DNA of 64,000 bases from a candidate division WOR-3 bacterium (GCA_037443805.1 JBBINQ010000005.1:9607-73606), one strand, 5' to 3'. Counted from the first letter of the stretch, positions 1 through 9,879 are shown. The notes: generated by a model from the sequence alone, not told the origin. Numbers and translations: made by a program.

Positions 1-107
1 GCTGGATTGTTTATCATAAAAAAATTGAGTCTGATGTGGATTCAATATTTTCATTTAATCAAAATGATTATTATTTAAAGCAGGGCATTATCACAAAAAA
101 GGAGTAA
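1..107 (+). CDS. 3' end of an upstream CDS, truncated by the window edge
   Basis: Frame from position 3 is open (WIVYHKKIESDVDSIFSFNQNDYYLKQGIITKKE) to TAA 105-107, just before the ridA ATG; too short to identify. Confidence 0.4.
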   Translation, partial: WIVYHKKIESDVDSIFSFNQNDYYLKQGIITKKE

Positions 108-109
108 AG

Positions 110-490
110 ATGAAAAAGATTATCAGAACTGATAGGGCTCCAAAAGCCATCGGACCTTATTCTCAAGCGGTTAGTGAAAATAAATTTATTTTTACCGCAG
201 GTCAGATTGGTATTTCACCAGAGACTGGTGAGATTGTCCAGGGTGGTGTAAAAGAACAGACAAAGCAAGCCTTAGAAAATCTTAAGGCAGTGCTACAGGC
301 TGGCGGCGCAGATTTGCAAGATGTAGTAAAGACGACAGTCTATCTTACAAAGGCGGAAGATTTTCCATTGATGAATGGGGTCTATGCAGAGTATTTTGCA
401 AAAGAACCACCAGCACGAACAACAATTTTTGTTGCTGGCTTACCAAAAGGAGCATTGGTTGAAATTGATGCCATCGCAAGCCTTAAATAA
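110..490 (+). CDS. ridA: RidA/YjgF/UK114 family reactive imine deaminase
   Basis: Family motifs APKAIGPYSQAV, FTAGQIG, PPARTT (catalytic Arg), LVEIDAIA; SD AAGGAG upstream. Confidence 0.93.
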   Translation: MKKIIRTDRAPKAIGPYSQAVSENKFIFTAGQIGISPETGEIVQGGVKEQTKQALENLKAVLQAGGADLQDVVKTTVYLTKAEDFPLMNGVYAEYFAKEPPARTTIFVAGLPKGALVEIDAIASLK

Positions 491-1160
491 GATTGAAAAA
501 GAACTAAAGTGTAGTTTTAAAAATAAAAATCTGTTAAGAAAGGCATTGACCCATTCTTCAGCAACATCTTCAGCCCGAACAGATTCCAATGAGGTTCTTG
601 AATTTTTAGGTGATGCAGTCCTGGAGCTTATTGTGCGTGAATTCTTAATTAAAAAATTTCCCAATATTGATGAAGGACAATTGAATCAATTAAAAAAACG
701 GTATACGAGTGAAGAAGTGCTTTGCAAGATTGGTAAAACAGTAGGTATTGGTGAGTTTCTGATAATGGATAAAGGTGAGGAGTTAACCGGTGGCAGAGAA
801 AGGTGCTCAAATATCAGCGCTGGTATTGAGGCACTATTTGGTGCGATATATCTTGACCGTGGTCTTGCATATGCCAAAAAATATTTTCAGAAGATCTTTT
901 TAGGTAAAAGGTTCAGACTCTCGCAGGATTATAAATCACTGGTAAATCAATGGGTAATGGTGAATAAAAAAGAGGTAGAATATAAAGTAATCAAAGAAGA
1001 AGGACCACCTCATAAAAAGGTATTCTATGTTGCATTATTTGTCAATGGCAAGGAAATATCTGCAGGTAAGGGTAAAAATAAAAAAAATGCTGAGCAGGAT
1101 GCGGCAAAAAATTTTTTGAAGAAGATTAAGACTGTAAAATTAAAGGAAAACGATAAGTAA
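468..1160 (+). CDS. rnc: Ribonuclease III with C-terminal dsRBD and atypical active-site residues
   Basis: ALTHSS, signature NEVLEFLGDAVL, EALFGAIYLD, dsRBD EEGPPHKKVF...GKGKNKKNAEQDAA. Start placed at ATG 468 (MPSQALN), overlapping the ridA end, rather than the ORF-track start at 375. Confidence 0.92.
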   Translation: MPSQALNKIEKELKCSFKNKNLLRKALTHSSATSSARTDSNEVLEFLGDAVLELIVREFLIKKFPNIDEGQLNQLKKRYTSEEVLCKIGKTVGIGEFLIMDKGEELTGGRERCSNISAGIEALFGAIYLDRGLAYAKKYFQKIFLGKRFRLSQDYKSLVNQWVMVNKKEVEYKVIKEEGPPHKKVFYVALFVNGKEISAGKGKNKKNAEQDAAKNFLKKIKTVKLKENDK

Positions 1161-1164
1161 AGGT

Positions 1165-1980
1165 TTATTTAATACCGGTTGTATCTTTTTCTTCGGTTAC
1201 AAATTCTACGACCATCTGGGTGGGTTTGCCCCTGACCGTGGGCGGAGCAATCTGCTGACCTTTTAAAATTCGGGACAGGGTTGTATCTTCCTGTGGTGTA
1301 ATTGTGTTTCCTGTGGCAACATTTAAAACCCTGCCTGTTGAATCAATGACTGCCCGAACCACAACCGGTGCAACCTTTTCTTGTGCAACCTCTTCAAGTT
1401 CTGTCACCGTAGGTGACTCGGTTTTTTTATAAGCCAGGTCAACATCTTTTGCCTCAGCAAACTTTCTTTCTGCAGAGATTCCTGTTGCAGCAGGTGCTGG
1501 TGCCTGTCTCTTTGCGACAATGCCGGGTTTGGGTATCACCACTTCAATCTTGTCTGTTTGGACAGGTTTTTCTGAAGGAACATAAGCGATATCAATTCTG
1601 TTTTTCATACTTACAGGACTGGCTAAATTTTCGTGTCCAGTAATAATAAAAACTAAAACTACAGCTGCAGCCACAGGCACCAATACCGGCACAACTTTCC
1701 AGAATAGAGGGCTACGTTTTTTTCTTATTTTTTCCATTACATTCTTTTTAAGATTAAACACAAATTCCCTTGAGGGCTCTTCAATCTCTATTTCCTTTAA
1801 ACCCATATCAATGGTCTTGAATTCTTCAATAATCTTAAGGCAGTGTGAGCAGTGTTTAAGATGTTCTTCTACCCTTTGCCTTTCTATTTCATTCAATTCA
1901 TTATCAATATAGGCACTTAATAGTTCTACTGGAAGACCACATTCAGAAAAATTTTGTTTGTTAAGATTATCTGGTTTCAT
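1165..1980 (-). CDS. Zinc-finger (ZAS/zf-HC2) transmembrane anti-sigma factor with a TonB_C-like C-terminal domain
   Basis: LLSAYIDNEL...VEEHLKHCSHC (HxxxCxxC), one TM helix, C-terminal VVVRAVIDSTGRV...RGKPTQMVVEF; start overlaps the ECF sigma stop. Confidence 0.8.
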   Translation of the reverse strand: MKPDNLNKQNFSECGLPVELLSAYIDNELNEIERQRVEEHLKHCSHCLKIIEEFKTIDMGLKEIEIEEPSREFVFNLKKNVMEKIRKKRSPLFWKVVPVLVPVAAAVVLVFIITGHENLASPVSMKNRIDIAYVPSEKPVQTDKIEVVIPKPGIVAKRQAPAPAATGISAERKFAEAKDVDLAYKKTESPTVTELEEVAQEKVAPVVVRAVIDSTGRVLNVATGNTITPQEDTTLSRILKGQQIAPPTVRGKPTQMVVEFVTEEKDTTGIK

Positions 1981-2531
1981 AATTTTAAATCTTTAAATAT
2001 GTTTCTTAAATGCTCCCTTGCCCTTGCAATTCTTGACATCACTGTGCCGGCAGGGATGCCAAGTGTCTGGCTAATCTCTTCGTAAGATAATTGCTCTTCA
2101 ATCCTTAAGACAAGGACCACCCGATATTCTTCAGGCAATTGTGCCATTGCCTTTGCAAGTTTTTCTTTGAGCATCTTTTCCTTTACCATCTGCACCGGGT
2201 CACCCTTATTATCTGCATAGTTCTGTGCCCATTCAAGTGGTTGAACATCAATTTTTCTCTCCTTTTTAATAAAATTGAGCGTATGATTGACCGCAATCTT
2301 TGAGAGCCAGGGCAGGAATTTATAGCCTGATTTAAATGTTTTGATACCCTGATAAGCTTTGATAAATATCTCCTGAACCAGGTCCTCAGTATCATCACGA
2401 TTATGCACCATCTGATAAACAAGACGATAAATAGACATCTTATATCGCTCAATTAAAGGTGCAAATGCCTCACAATCCCCATCTTTTACCATCTCTATCA
2501 ATTTATCATCGCTCTCATTATTATTATACAC
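1977..2531 (-). CDS. ECF (group 4) RNA polymerase sigma factor
   Basis: Region 2 DTEDLVQEIFIKAY...FLPWLSKIAVNHTLN; region 4 LPEEYRVVLVLR...SYEEISQTLGIPAGTVMSRIARAR. Start codon uncertain (GTG 2531). Confidence 0.93.
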   Translation of the reverse strand: MYNNNESDDKLIEMVKDGDCEAFAPLIERYKMSIYRLVYQMVHNRDDTEDLVQEIFIKAYQGIKTFKSGYKFLPWLSKIAVNHTLNFIKKERKIDVQPLEWAQNYADNKGDPVQMVKEKMLKEKLAKAMAQLPEEYRVVLVLRIEEQLSYEEISQTLGIPAGTVMSRIARAREHLRNIFKDLKL

Positions 2532-2566
2532 TAAATACCCTGTTTTATTCCCTATTTATGATGATG

Positions 2567-3319
2567 TTAATGGGTTTCTATAGAATTATTCAATTGATAA
2601 CCTTCAGGTATCTCAAAGACTCTATTACTTATCGGCACCGTTGAGATCTTTTTAATCGTACTTTTGGTTTGCATTGAAATATCAGTTTCTTTGTTCTGCG
2701 TATTGAGGTTCAGCTGCAGTTCCAGTGGGAAACCATCAATCTCAGAGATGTGTTTTTGAAATTCCCTGATTAGTTTATTATCAACTCCTGGCAAACTGGT
2801 GGAGTTAATATTGCTTAGCATCTTTTTGTTAAAACTCATAATTTCATCATAGCCAGCGAAATCCTTACCCAACCACATTGTTTGAGTCATTTCTATGGTG
2901 TCATTATCTAATTTGAAAATTAATGATACGATATATTTATCACATTCTACACCAAGGATTTTTTTAGTTTCTTCTAATTTTTCAACCTTTATCTCTGGCA
3001 AATTTTCAGGTGTCTCTGTTGTTTGACCCTCAACAGAATCATTCTTCAGGGAAAATTCTGCATATTCTTTATGTTCATTGTCAATGACCCAGGCAACACC
3101 CTTGTCCAATCTAATAATCGTAATCCTTTCAATATCGCCTAAGATTGGATCTTTTATTTGAATTTCAGTGCGCATAAAGTCGCCTTTAATAAAATTTCGG
3201 ATCAGGGTTGTTGTGCTTTGTCCCATCTCTATTAATCCCTGGCTTGTGGTTTCCATTTCATACATTACATCGCCAAAGATATTTGAAAGAAGCATAAGAT
3301 ATATTAAGATTCTATACAT
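2567..3319 (-). CDS. Exported DUF4412-like protein
   Basis: Signal-peptide-like N-terminus; IIRLDKGVAWVIDNEHKEY, ETKKILGVECDKYIV and FEIPEGY resemble DUF4412/GLPGLI-like proteins; SD GGAG. Confidence 0.6.
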   Translation of the reverse strand: MYRILIYLMLLSNIFGDVMYEMETTSQGLIEMGQSTTTLIRNFIKGDFMRTEIQIKDPILGDIERITIIRLDKGVAWVIDNEHKEYAEFSLKNDSVEGQTTETPENLPEIKVEKLEETKKILGVECDKYIVSLIFKLDNDTIEMTQTMWLGKDFAGYDEIMSFNKKMLSNINSTSLPGVDNKLIREFQKHISEIDGFPLELQLNLNTQNKETDISMQTKSTIKKISTVPISNRVFEIPEGYQLNNSIETH

Positions 3320-3353
3320 AGGTTAACTCCGGTTTAGTTTTTTACATTAAATT

Positions 3354-5759
3354 TCAGGCCGTAAGTTTTCCCTGTTTGTATAGTTCAATCAATTCTTTTG
3401 CCTCACGGTTCGTTGGGTCAATCTCAAGGGCGTGTTGAAATGCAGAGATCGCTTCGTCAAATTTCTCTAATTCAATCAATACCTTGCCCATATGAACATA
3501 GGCAAGACTATAATTTACATTGCGTTTAATCGCTTCCTGAAACATTCCTACTGCTTCGTTCAATTTTTTTGTTTTTATGTATAACAATCCAAAATTATTG
3601 TAAATTTCAGCAAGGTTCGGCTCCAATTTAAGCGCCTCTTCAAATATGTTCTTTGCCGCTTTATCCCTACCCAGTTCTGTGAGAATGAGCCCTTTCAGAT
3701 TCAGGTATTCTGCCAGGCGGTCAAGTTCCAGTGCCTTGTCAATTTCATTTAATGCAAGTTCGTGATTACCACGGTAATAATAAAGGGTGGCACGGTCAAA
3801 GTGGTCAAGGGCATCTTTTTTCTTTTTCGCAATCTGTTCCTGTTTATATTGCTCTTCCTGTTTGGCAAAGTAATCTTTCAAATTCTTCAACACCTCGCTG
3901 CTGAATTTTGAAATATCAAGTTGCTGCTCCAGTGATTCCTTAAATTGTTTTTGTATTTCCTGTGTCATCCGGTTAATCTGATTATTCAGTTCACCAAACT
4001 TCTCAGATAAACGAGCAATATCACCAAAGGTCTTTTCATACTGTTTTTCAAGGTCGCCAATCTCTTTTTTCATTTCTGAGACAAGGTCTTTGACCGATTC
4101 GTGCATACCTTCGCCAACATTCTCTACACCTTTACGCATTCCTTCGGCAAGCCCGGCAATTTTACTTAAGGATTCAAGGTAATTACGATTAAGATTGTTC
4201 ATCATTTCACTCATACTGGCAATATTGCTCTGGGTTTTGTCAAAGAGCCCTTCAAAGTTAGCAACGGTAGTTTGAATATTATTGAGATAACTCAGGTAAT
4301 GCTGATTTGTATTATTCAAGAACTCGCCGATATTGTGCAGTCCAGTTTTTAGTGTATCATTTAATTCATTATATTTATTCAAGCCTTCCTGCACCACATT
4401 TAACTGGTTATTAAGTGAATTTTTTAATTCATCAATGGGTGTTGCAAATGAATTGAGACTATTCTGAAGATTCATTAAGTTATTCACAAATTCATTTTTT
4501 AAATTGGATAGTTCGGGTTTGAGCACATTGATGGAATCATCAAACTTTTGAGCAGTATTGTTGAAAATCTTTTCCAGTTGCCCGGACATAACCTCGGTAT
4601 TGCTCTGCTGGATTTTTGTAAGTTCATTAAAGAGCACTTTCATTTCATCAAGTTTGAAACCGATCGTTCCCTGCAGGTCTTTAATTAAATCCTGCTGGTT
4701 TGTGCCCTGTAATTGCATCAGAGAATTTAATGATTCCTTAAATTCATCAAGCTTGGTGCTTAGTGTTCCCTGGAGTTCTTTTATTAAAGTCTGTTGGTTG
4801 TTCTCCTGCGTCTGGAGTAAGGAGTTCAAAGATGTCTTGAGGTCAATAAGGTTATTGCTAATTGTAATCTGGAGTTCTTTTAATAATGTTGTCTGATTTT
4901 CCTGCTGGGCTCGTGAGATATCATTATAAGCAGATTTTAATTCATCAAACTTCGCTGCTAAATTTTGTAGTGCGGTAATCCCTTCTACCTTTGTCCCGGC
5001 AATCTCACTCTTAACAATTTCCGCAATGCTGTTTATTCCATTCACAATATTTTCTACAACTTCAAATTTTTTCAATATCTCCTGACTTGAAGAATTAGTT
5101 TTTTCAATGCCCGTAATGAGTGTTTCTGTGCCTACTTGATATGTTGTTGCCACCTTTTCCATTGCATTCTTCAATGTTTCAGTTTTGTGGCTGATGTTCT
5201 CATTTAATCCATCAAAGCTACTTTTTATTTCGGTAAGAACATTCTTGAGTTCATCGGTCAATCTATTCTGCCCAGCCACAATATTGCCACCTGTTTCCTG
5301 TAATAATTTTATCCCTGTAATCTGTTCACGGGTTGTATTATTCAAAGTTTCAAGCTGGGCAATATTTTTATCTAAAAGATTTTTAATTGTATCAATCAGA
5401 TTTTGCTGTATCCCTGAGAGATTATCAAAGCCAAGGGCGATTACCTCATTCTGTTTTTTCATTATATCAAAGCGATTGAGGATGGCATCCTGGAGTGTCT
5501 GGATGGTGGTGGAGATGAGGACGCCCAATGCTTCATTGCGCTGGAACATTTCGTTCTTAAGTTCTTTAATACCATTTTTAAAATCTTCAATGATGATTCC
5601 GTTCTTTATGTTGGAAGAGAGCAATGAACATAATTTTGCCGCACCATCATAAACCATACATTCATTTTTTATACATTCTTTGATCTCTATTTCTTCGCTA
5701 ATCTTTTTACCATCGCGATCAAAAATTTCCTTTCTTTTAACAAGGAATGGACATTTCAT
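3354..5759 (-). CDS. Cys-motif + long coiled-coil + C-terminal TPR protein (801 aa)
   Basis: N-terminal CPF..CxxxxC..C motif, about 600 aa of helical heptad/hendecad sequence, about 4 TPRs (AEIYNNFGLLY, AYVHMGKVL, ALEIDPTN). Confidence 0.75.
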   Translation of the reverse strand: MKCPFLVKRKEIFDRDGKKISEEIEIKECIKNECMVYDGAAKLCSLLSSNIKNGIIIEDFKNGIKELKNEMFQRNEALGVLISTTIQTLQDAILNRFDIMKKQNEVIALGFDNLSGIQQNLIDTIKNLLDKNIAQLETLNNTTREQITGIKLLQETGGNIVAGQNRLTDELKNVLTEIKSSFDGLNENISHKTETLKNAMEKVATTYQVGTETLITGIEKTNSSSQEILKKFEVVENIVNGINSIAEIVKSEIAGTKVEGITALQNLAAKFDELKSAYNDISRAQQENQTTLLKELQITISNNLIDLKTSLNSLLQTQENNQQTLIKELQGTLSTKLDEFKESLNSLMQLQGTNQQDLIKDLQGTIGFKLDEMKVLFNELTKIQQSNTEVMSGQLEKIFNNTAQKFDDSINVLKPELSNLKNEFVNNLMNLQNSLNSFATPIDELKNSLNNQLNVVQEGLNKYNELNDTLKTGLHNIGEFLNNTNQHYLSYLNNIQTTVANFEGLFDKTQSNIASMSEMMNNLNRNYLESLSKIAGLAEGMRKGVENVGEGMHESVKDLVSEMKKEIGDLEKQYEKTFGDIARLSEKFGELNNQINRMTQEIQKQFKESLEQQLDISKFSSEVLKNLKDYFAKQEEQYKQEQIAKKKKDALDHFDRATLYYYRGNHELALNEIDKALELDRLAEYLNLKGLILTELGRDKAAKNIFEEALKLEPNLAEIYNNFGLLYIKTKKLNEAVGMFQEAIKRNVNYSLAYVHMGKVLIELEKFDEAISAFQHALEIDPTNREAKELIELYKQGKLTA

Positions 5760-8700
5760 TAAATCCTCCCTTCAACAAAATATCTTCCCTTGCCCAGGCG
5801 TTTTTCCTGTGCCATTTTTTCATATCTTTCAATTCTTGGGTAAAGTGAAAGGTCATTAAGCACTTTAAGGGCACTTGCTGCCGCAGTATATGAACCGAGC
5901 GCCTCATAGATATCAGCGTAAAGGAGTGCAGTATCTTTGTCAACGGAAAGAATCCTGAGCGATTCCAGGGCATCAATGGGTTGATTCTTTTTTAACAAGA
6001 CCCGTGCTTTTAAAATAATATAATCTTTTTTTTGCATTGCATCTGCACTGATCAGATTGAGTTCTTTTCGCGCTTCATTTACTTTATCCATTAAAAGATA
6101 CAGGTTAGTCCTTAACAATCTATCATTGTCTGAATCACCGGTTATCTCTTTTAATTTTTGATTAAAATATTCATTGCGCATCTTTTTTATTGTTTTGTAT
6201 ACAAAACCACGATCTTTTGTTTCCTGTAAAAGTTTTGTGTATAATTCAAGGGTTTTGTTGATTTCACCACTTTCAAAATATAATTGTCCCTGTTTTAACA
6301 AAATTTCTTCTTTCTTCCCGGGCATAAGCCCTTCTACTTTCTTTAGATAATCAATTGCCTTCTCATATTCCTTTTTATAAGCATGGATTTGACTCAAGAG
6401 CACATAGACAGGTGCTAAATTTTGGTTCTTCAAAATGATTTCCTTAAGCTGGGGAATTAAATTATCGCCATAATTGGGATTTCTATCATATAATTTCCTG
6501 AATATATCAACTGCCATATTCATATTTCCTATCTCTTTGTATAAATTCCCTGTGTAATGCATTAATTCGTCTGATTTTTCATAGTATTCTTTCAACCTCG
6601 CAATAATTTCAGGAATCTCTGCCGGTGCAATTTCGGAAAGTTTTTTGTAGATTTCAATTGCCTTTGTATAATTTTCTTCGGTAAGAAAAATTTTGCCGAG
6701 GAAATAATAGGAGGGAATATGGTTTGGATTTTTAGAGAGAATCTGGAGAATGAACTGCTTTATCCAGGCCGTTTCATTTTTATCAATATGATATATTTCT
6801 TCAATTGTATAAAGGGTATCTTCAAGATTATTATAATCAAAATAAAGTTGTGCCAGTCCTTTGCGGGCTTCTATATCTTGAGCCTCCTCAGAGCAGATTT
6901 TCTTCATTTCTGATATTGCCGGTTCACGGAATGATGGGTCCTGGGTCTGGGCATTGATATATAATTTTATTGCCGAGGTTTTAATATTTGACAGATAGTA
7001 GACCCGCGCCAGACTGAATGATAAAAGTGCTGAAGGAGCCTGGGTTTGTAATTTTTCCAGTAATGGCAGAACCCGCGACACAAGATTATTATCCAGTTCA
7101 CACGCCTGGAGAAGATGTTTTATACCTTCCTGATATTTTTTCAAGTTCAGTTCAATTGCACCCATTGCAAAAATAATACGAGGATTTGCAATTGCCTTTG
7201 CTGAAAGGGATTTTAATTCATCCAGGACATATTCTGCTCGTGCCGGAACGATCCGGGCAGTGAGCAAGTATTCTTCTACTGCTTCTTCAATCTGTTTTGC
7301 TCGTGCCAGTGCCCGTCCCCGGGCAAAATGTGCTGGTACATTGCTTTTATCTACGGCAAGGATTTTATCTAAATATTTTATGACCTCATTCGCATAATCA
7401 AACTCTCCGTCCAAGGCAAGCATCAGGGGTCTTACTCCATCACTTAAATTACCACTTTCAACGAATGCCTGTCCCAATCTTAAATTAAAATACTGGGCTT
7501 GAGGGCCAAAGACTTCAATCCCCTTTTTTGCTTCTTCAATTACCCGGTCATAAAGTTTACGATTAAAGAATGTATCAATCAATAAAGCCCAGACTTCGCG
7601 GTCTTTTGGAAATGCCTTGAGTGTATCATAAAATTCATCAATGATTTCAAAGAACGCCTTTGGGTCTACAATCTGGGCAGTTTTGAAAAACTGAGTGGCG
7701 ATTTCAATCTCTCCATCTTTCATAAATGTTCTTGCTGCAGTCAAGAGCAAAGGCACTGCCTTGGGCCTCTCTTTTATTACTTCTAATAGTGCCCGCTTTG
7801 CAGGTTCTTTTGTATCAGGGTTTGCTAATAGTTCATCAAATTTTTTTATTGCCTGGTTGTATTCACCAGCAAAGGCATAACCGCGTGCTATGGCAATGTC
7901 AAAGATTGCTGGTTCTTTTTCCCGGTGTTTTTCATATTTGTTAATTATTGTTCTGGCATACTCTGGTTTATGATTGAGAAGAGCATCAAGCGTGGGCACA
8001 AAAACAATCAGGTTCTCTTCTTCTTCAATATGGGGCTTCAGTACAGCAAATGCTTCACTATCTTTGTTCAGGTTGATTAAAGTCTTTGCCTTTAAATTTA
8101 GATAGACAGGTTCGCGAGGTTTTGTCTTCAAAATTTCAGATAGTGCCTGGTCAACAAGGTCATATTTTTTATTCTCCAGTAGCGATTCAAATATAAGCAC
8201 TGCATTTTCATCTTCACCCTTATGGCAATAACATAACCCTAAAAGATAGAGGGCGCGGTCGTTTTCTGGTGCATTTTCCAGTATTAAGTTGAGATTTAGG
8301 ATATATTCATCAATTAAACCGCGGTCTATATTATAAGCCTTATCAATGACTGCAACTGCCTCATCTGTCTTTTTTTGTTTGATATAAAAATTTACCAAGC
8401 TCTGGATAACAATAGGGTTATTCGGTTCTTTTTCAAATGCCTTTTTGTATCTGTTGATAATCTCTGATTGCTGTTCCGGAGCAATTTCAATTATTTTTTC
8501 AAATTCATTGATCGCCAGTGAGACACGCCCCGCATTTAGTAAATTGTCGGCAAGGCTGAATAGCACCTTTAAATTCTTGGGATTTACCCTTTGCAATTCC
8601 CTTAAGGTTTTTATTACATCATCAATCTTTGCCGTGTCTTTTTTCAATAGTGCCTCAAGCCTTGATAAAGAAGCATCAAGGTCACCCTTTTTTACATATA

Positions 8701-9487
8701 ATTCAGTTATAAACTGACTGAAATTTGATTCCAAATTCGCAGGTGGATGGATTGCAATAAGTGTATCAAGTAATGGGTCAATAAAGTCTGGAAATTTTTC
8801 ATAGATACGCTGTGCCTGATTCAGCACCTCGCTGGCATTTCCGGCAACTGTTTCAGTTTTGAGCAATAATAATGCCGCATAGGGGTCGTTAAATCTTTCC
8901 CGCGACATTGCTCTTGCCCAGCCCAATAACTGTTTTCCAAATCCTCCAGTACTAAGTAGAAATTCAATATTCTCAAGGGCAGTCTTCCCATCCTGATAAA
9001 TGAAGATGATTGTGCCATAGATGATTAAATTTTCAAAGTCACGTTTAGCTATTACTTTTTTTGTAGTAATATTCTGTTTCAATTTTTCATAGCGATTGGT
9101 CAATAATTTTATTTCCCGTTCATTGAATGCCCTTAATACTTTGAATAGTTCTTCGTATTGTTCCTGTGTTACATATAACTGGAGCAGAAAATCACCAGCA
9201 TCAATTGAAGTATATCTAAAGAAATAGTCGGAGAGCAAACCAATGATTTCATCCACCCGTGAAGGGACAATGACCTGTGCGGTTCTGAGTGTTTCTACTG
9301 CTTCTGTTCTTTGTTCATTCTCAAAATATAAGCGGGCAAGTTCCAGATATAAAGGAAAAGCATTCTCAGTTTCAGTCAGATTTTCTTCCAGCACTTTAAT
9401 TGCTGCTGGAAGTTTTCCTTCTTTGATATACTCATGTGCACGCTGTAATGCTTTTTCCGGGTCTTTACCGGCAAAAATTTCAAACAT
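5759..9487 (-). CDS. Very large cytoplasmic TPR-repeat protein (1242 aa)
   Basis: Continuous TPR-like helical pairs with xP-terminated turns (LQRVNPKN, IIEIAPEQ, FEKEPNN); no signal peptide; TAATG overlap with the next gene. Confidence 0.8.
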   Translation of the reverse strand: MFEIFAGKDPEKALQRAHEYIKEGKLPAAIKVLEENLTETENAFPLYLELARLYFENEQRTEAVETLRTAQVIVPSRVDEIIGLLSDYFFRYTSIDAGDFLLQLYVTQEQYEELFKVLRAFNEREIKLLTNRYEKLKQNITTKKVIAKRDFENLIIYGTIIFIYQDGKTALENIEFLLSTGGFGKQLLGWARAMSRERFNDPYAALLLLKTETVAGNASEVLNQAQRIYEKFPDFIDPLLDTLIAIHPPANLESNFSQFITELYVKKGDLDASLSRLEALLKKDTAKIDDVIKTLRELQRVNPKNLKVLFSLADNLLNAGRVSLAINEFEKIIEIAPEQQSEIINRYKKAFEKEPNNPIVIQSLVNFYIKQKKTDEAVAVIDKAYNIDRGLIDEYILNLNLILENAPENDRALYLLGLCYCHKGEDENAVLIFESLLENKKYDLVDQALSEILKTKPREPVYLNLKAKTLINLNKDSEAFAVLKPHIEEEENLIVFVPTLDALLNHKPEYARTIINKYEKHREKEPAIFDIAIARGYAFAGEYNQAIKKFDELLANPDTKEPAKRALLEVIKERPKAVPLLLTAARTFMKDGEIEIATQFFKTAQIVDPKAFFEIIDEFYDTLKAFPKDREVWALLIDTFFNRKLYDRVIEEAKKGIEVFGPQAQYFNLRLGQAFVESGNLSDGVRPLMLALDGEFDYANEVIKYLDKILAVDKSNVPAHFARGRALARAKQIEEAVEEYLLTARIVPARAEYVLDELKSLSAKAIANPRIIFAMGAIELNLKKYQEGIKHLLQACELDNNLVSRVLPLLEKLQTQAPSALLSFSLARVYYLSNIKTSAIKLYINAQTQDPSFREPAISEMKKICSEEAQDIEARKGLAQLYFDYNNLEDTLYTIEEIYHIDKNETAWIKQFILQILSKNPNHIPSYYFLGKIFLTEENYTKAIEIYKKLSEIAPAEIPEIIARLKEYYEKSDELMHYTGNLYKEIGNMNMAVDIFRKLYDRNPNYGDNLIPQLKEIILKNQNLAPVYVLLSQIHAYKKEYEKAIDYLKKVEGLMPGKKEEILLKQGQLYFESGEINKTLELYTKLLQETKDRGFVYKTIKKMRNEYFNQKLKEITGDSDNDRLLRTNLYLLMDKVNEARKELNLISADAMQKKDYIILKARVLLKKNQPIDALESLRILSVDKDTALLYADIYEALGSYTAAASALKVLNDLSLYPRIERYEKMAQEKRLGKGRYFVEGRI

Positions 9488-9803
9488 TCTTTGCCTTCCT
9501 TTTTAGTTCATCCCTTTTAAATGCCAAACCATCAACGATTGAATGGATTGGCTCGCTACCGCAGGCAATCAATAGCCCACTTATTAAATAATCAACCCAG
9601 TGGCTCAGATTAGAACCACTTTCCAGGCCGAGTTCTCTGATAAACCCAAATTGGAATGCAAAGGCAATCACCAGCCCCAGGGCAGTGCTTATAACCCAGG
9701 CATAAGCACGATTTCTACCCCGGGGTAGAATATATAAAATTTTTTCAGTCACCCTTTCTACGATTAGGGAAAGGCCAAGTAAAAGAATTAAGACTTTACC
9801 CAT
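9480..9803 (-). CDS. Small membrane protein with about 3 TMs, holin-like motifs
   Basis: Three hydrophobic segments, SLIVERVTE and GLLIACGSEPIH motifs, basic C-terminal tail; overlaps the TPR gene start by 8 nt. Confidence 0.6.
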   Translation of the reverse strand: MGKVLILLLGLSLIVERVTEKILYILPRGRNRAYAWVISTALGLVIAFAFQFGFIRELGLESGSNLSHWVDYLISGLLIACGSEPIHSIVDGLAFKRDELKRKAKNV

Positions 9804-9879
9804 ATCAATTATATTTTTTTATCTTTCTGCTCCGCTTCTATTCCCGGTTTTTACTGAATAATTTTTATTTCTCCTGTTA

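Noticed and set aside
375-467. N-terminal extension of RNase III in the ORF track
   Set aside because: Lies wholly within ridA in another frame; homology begins near ATG 468.
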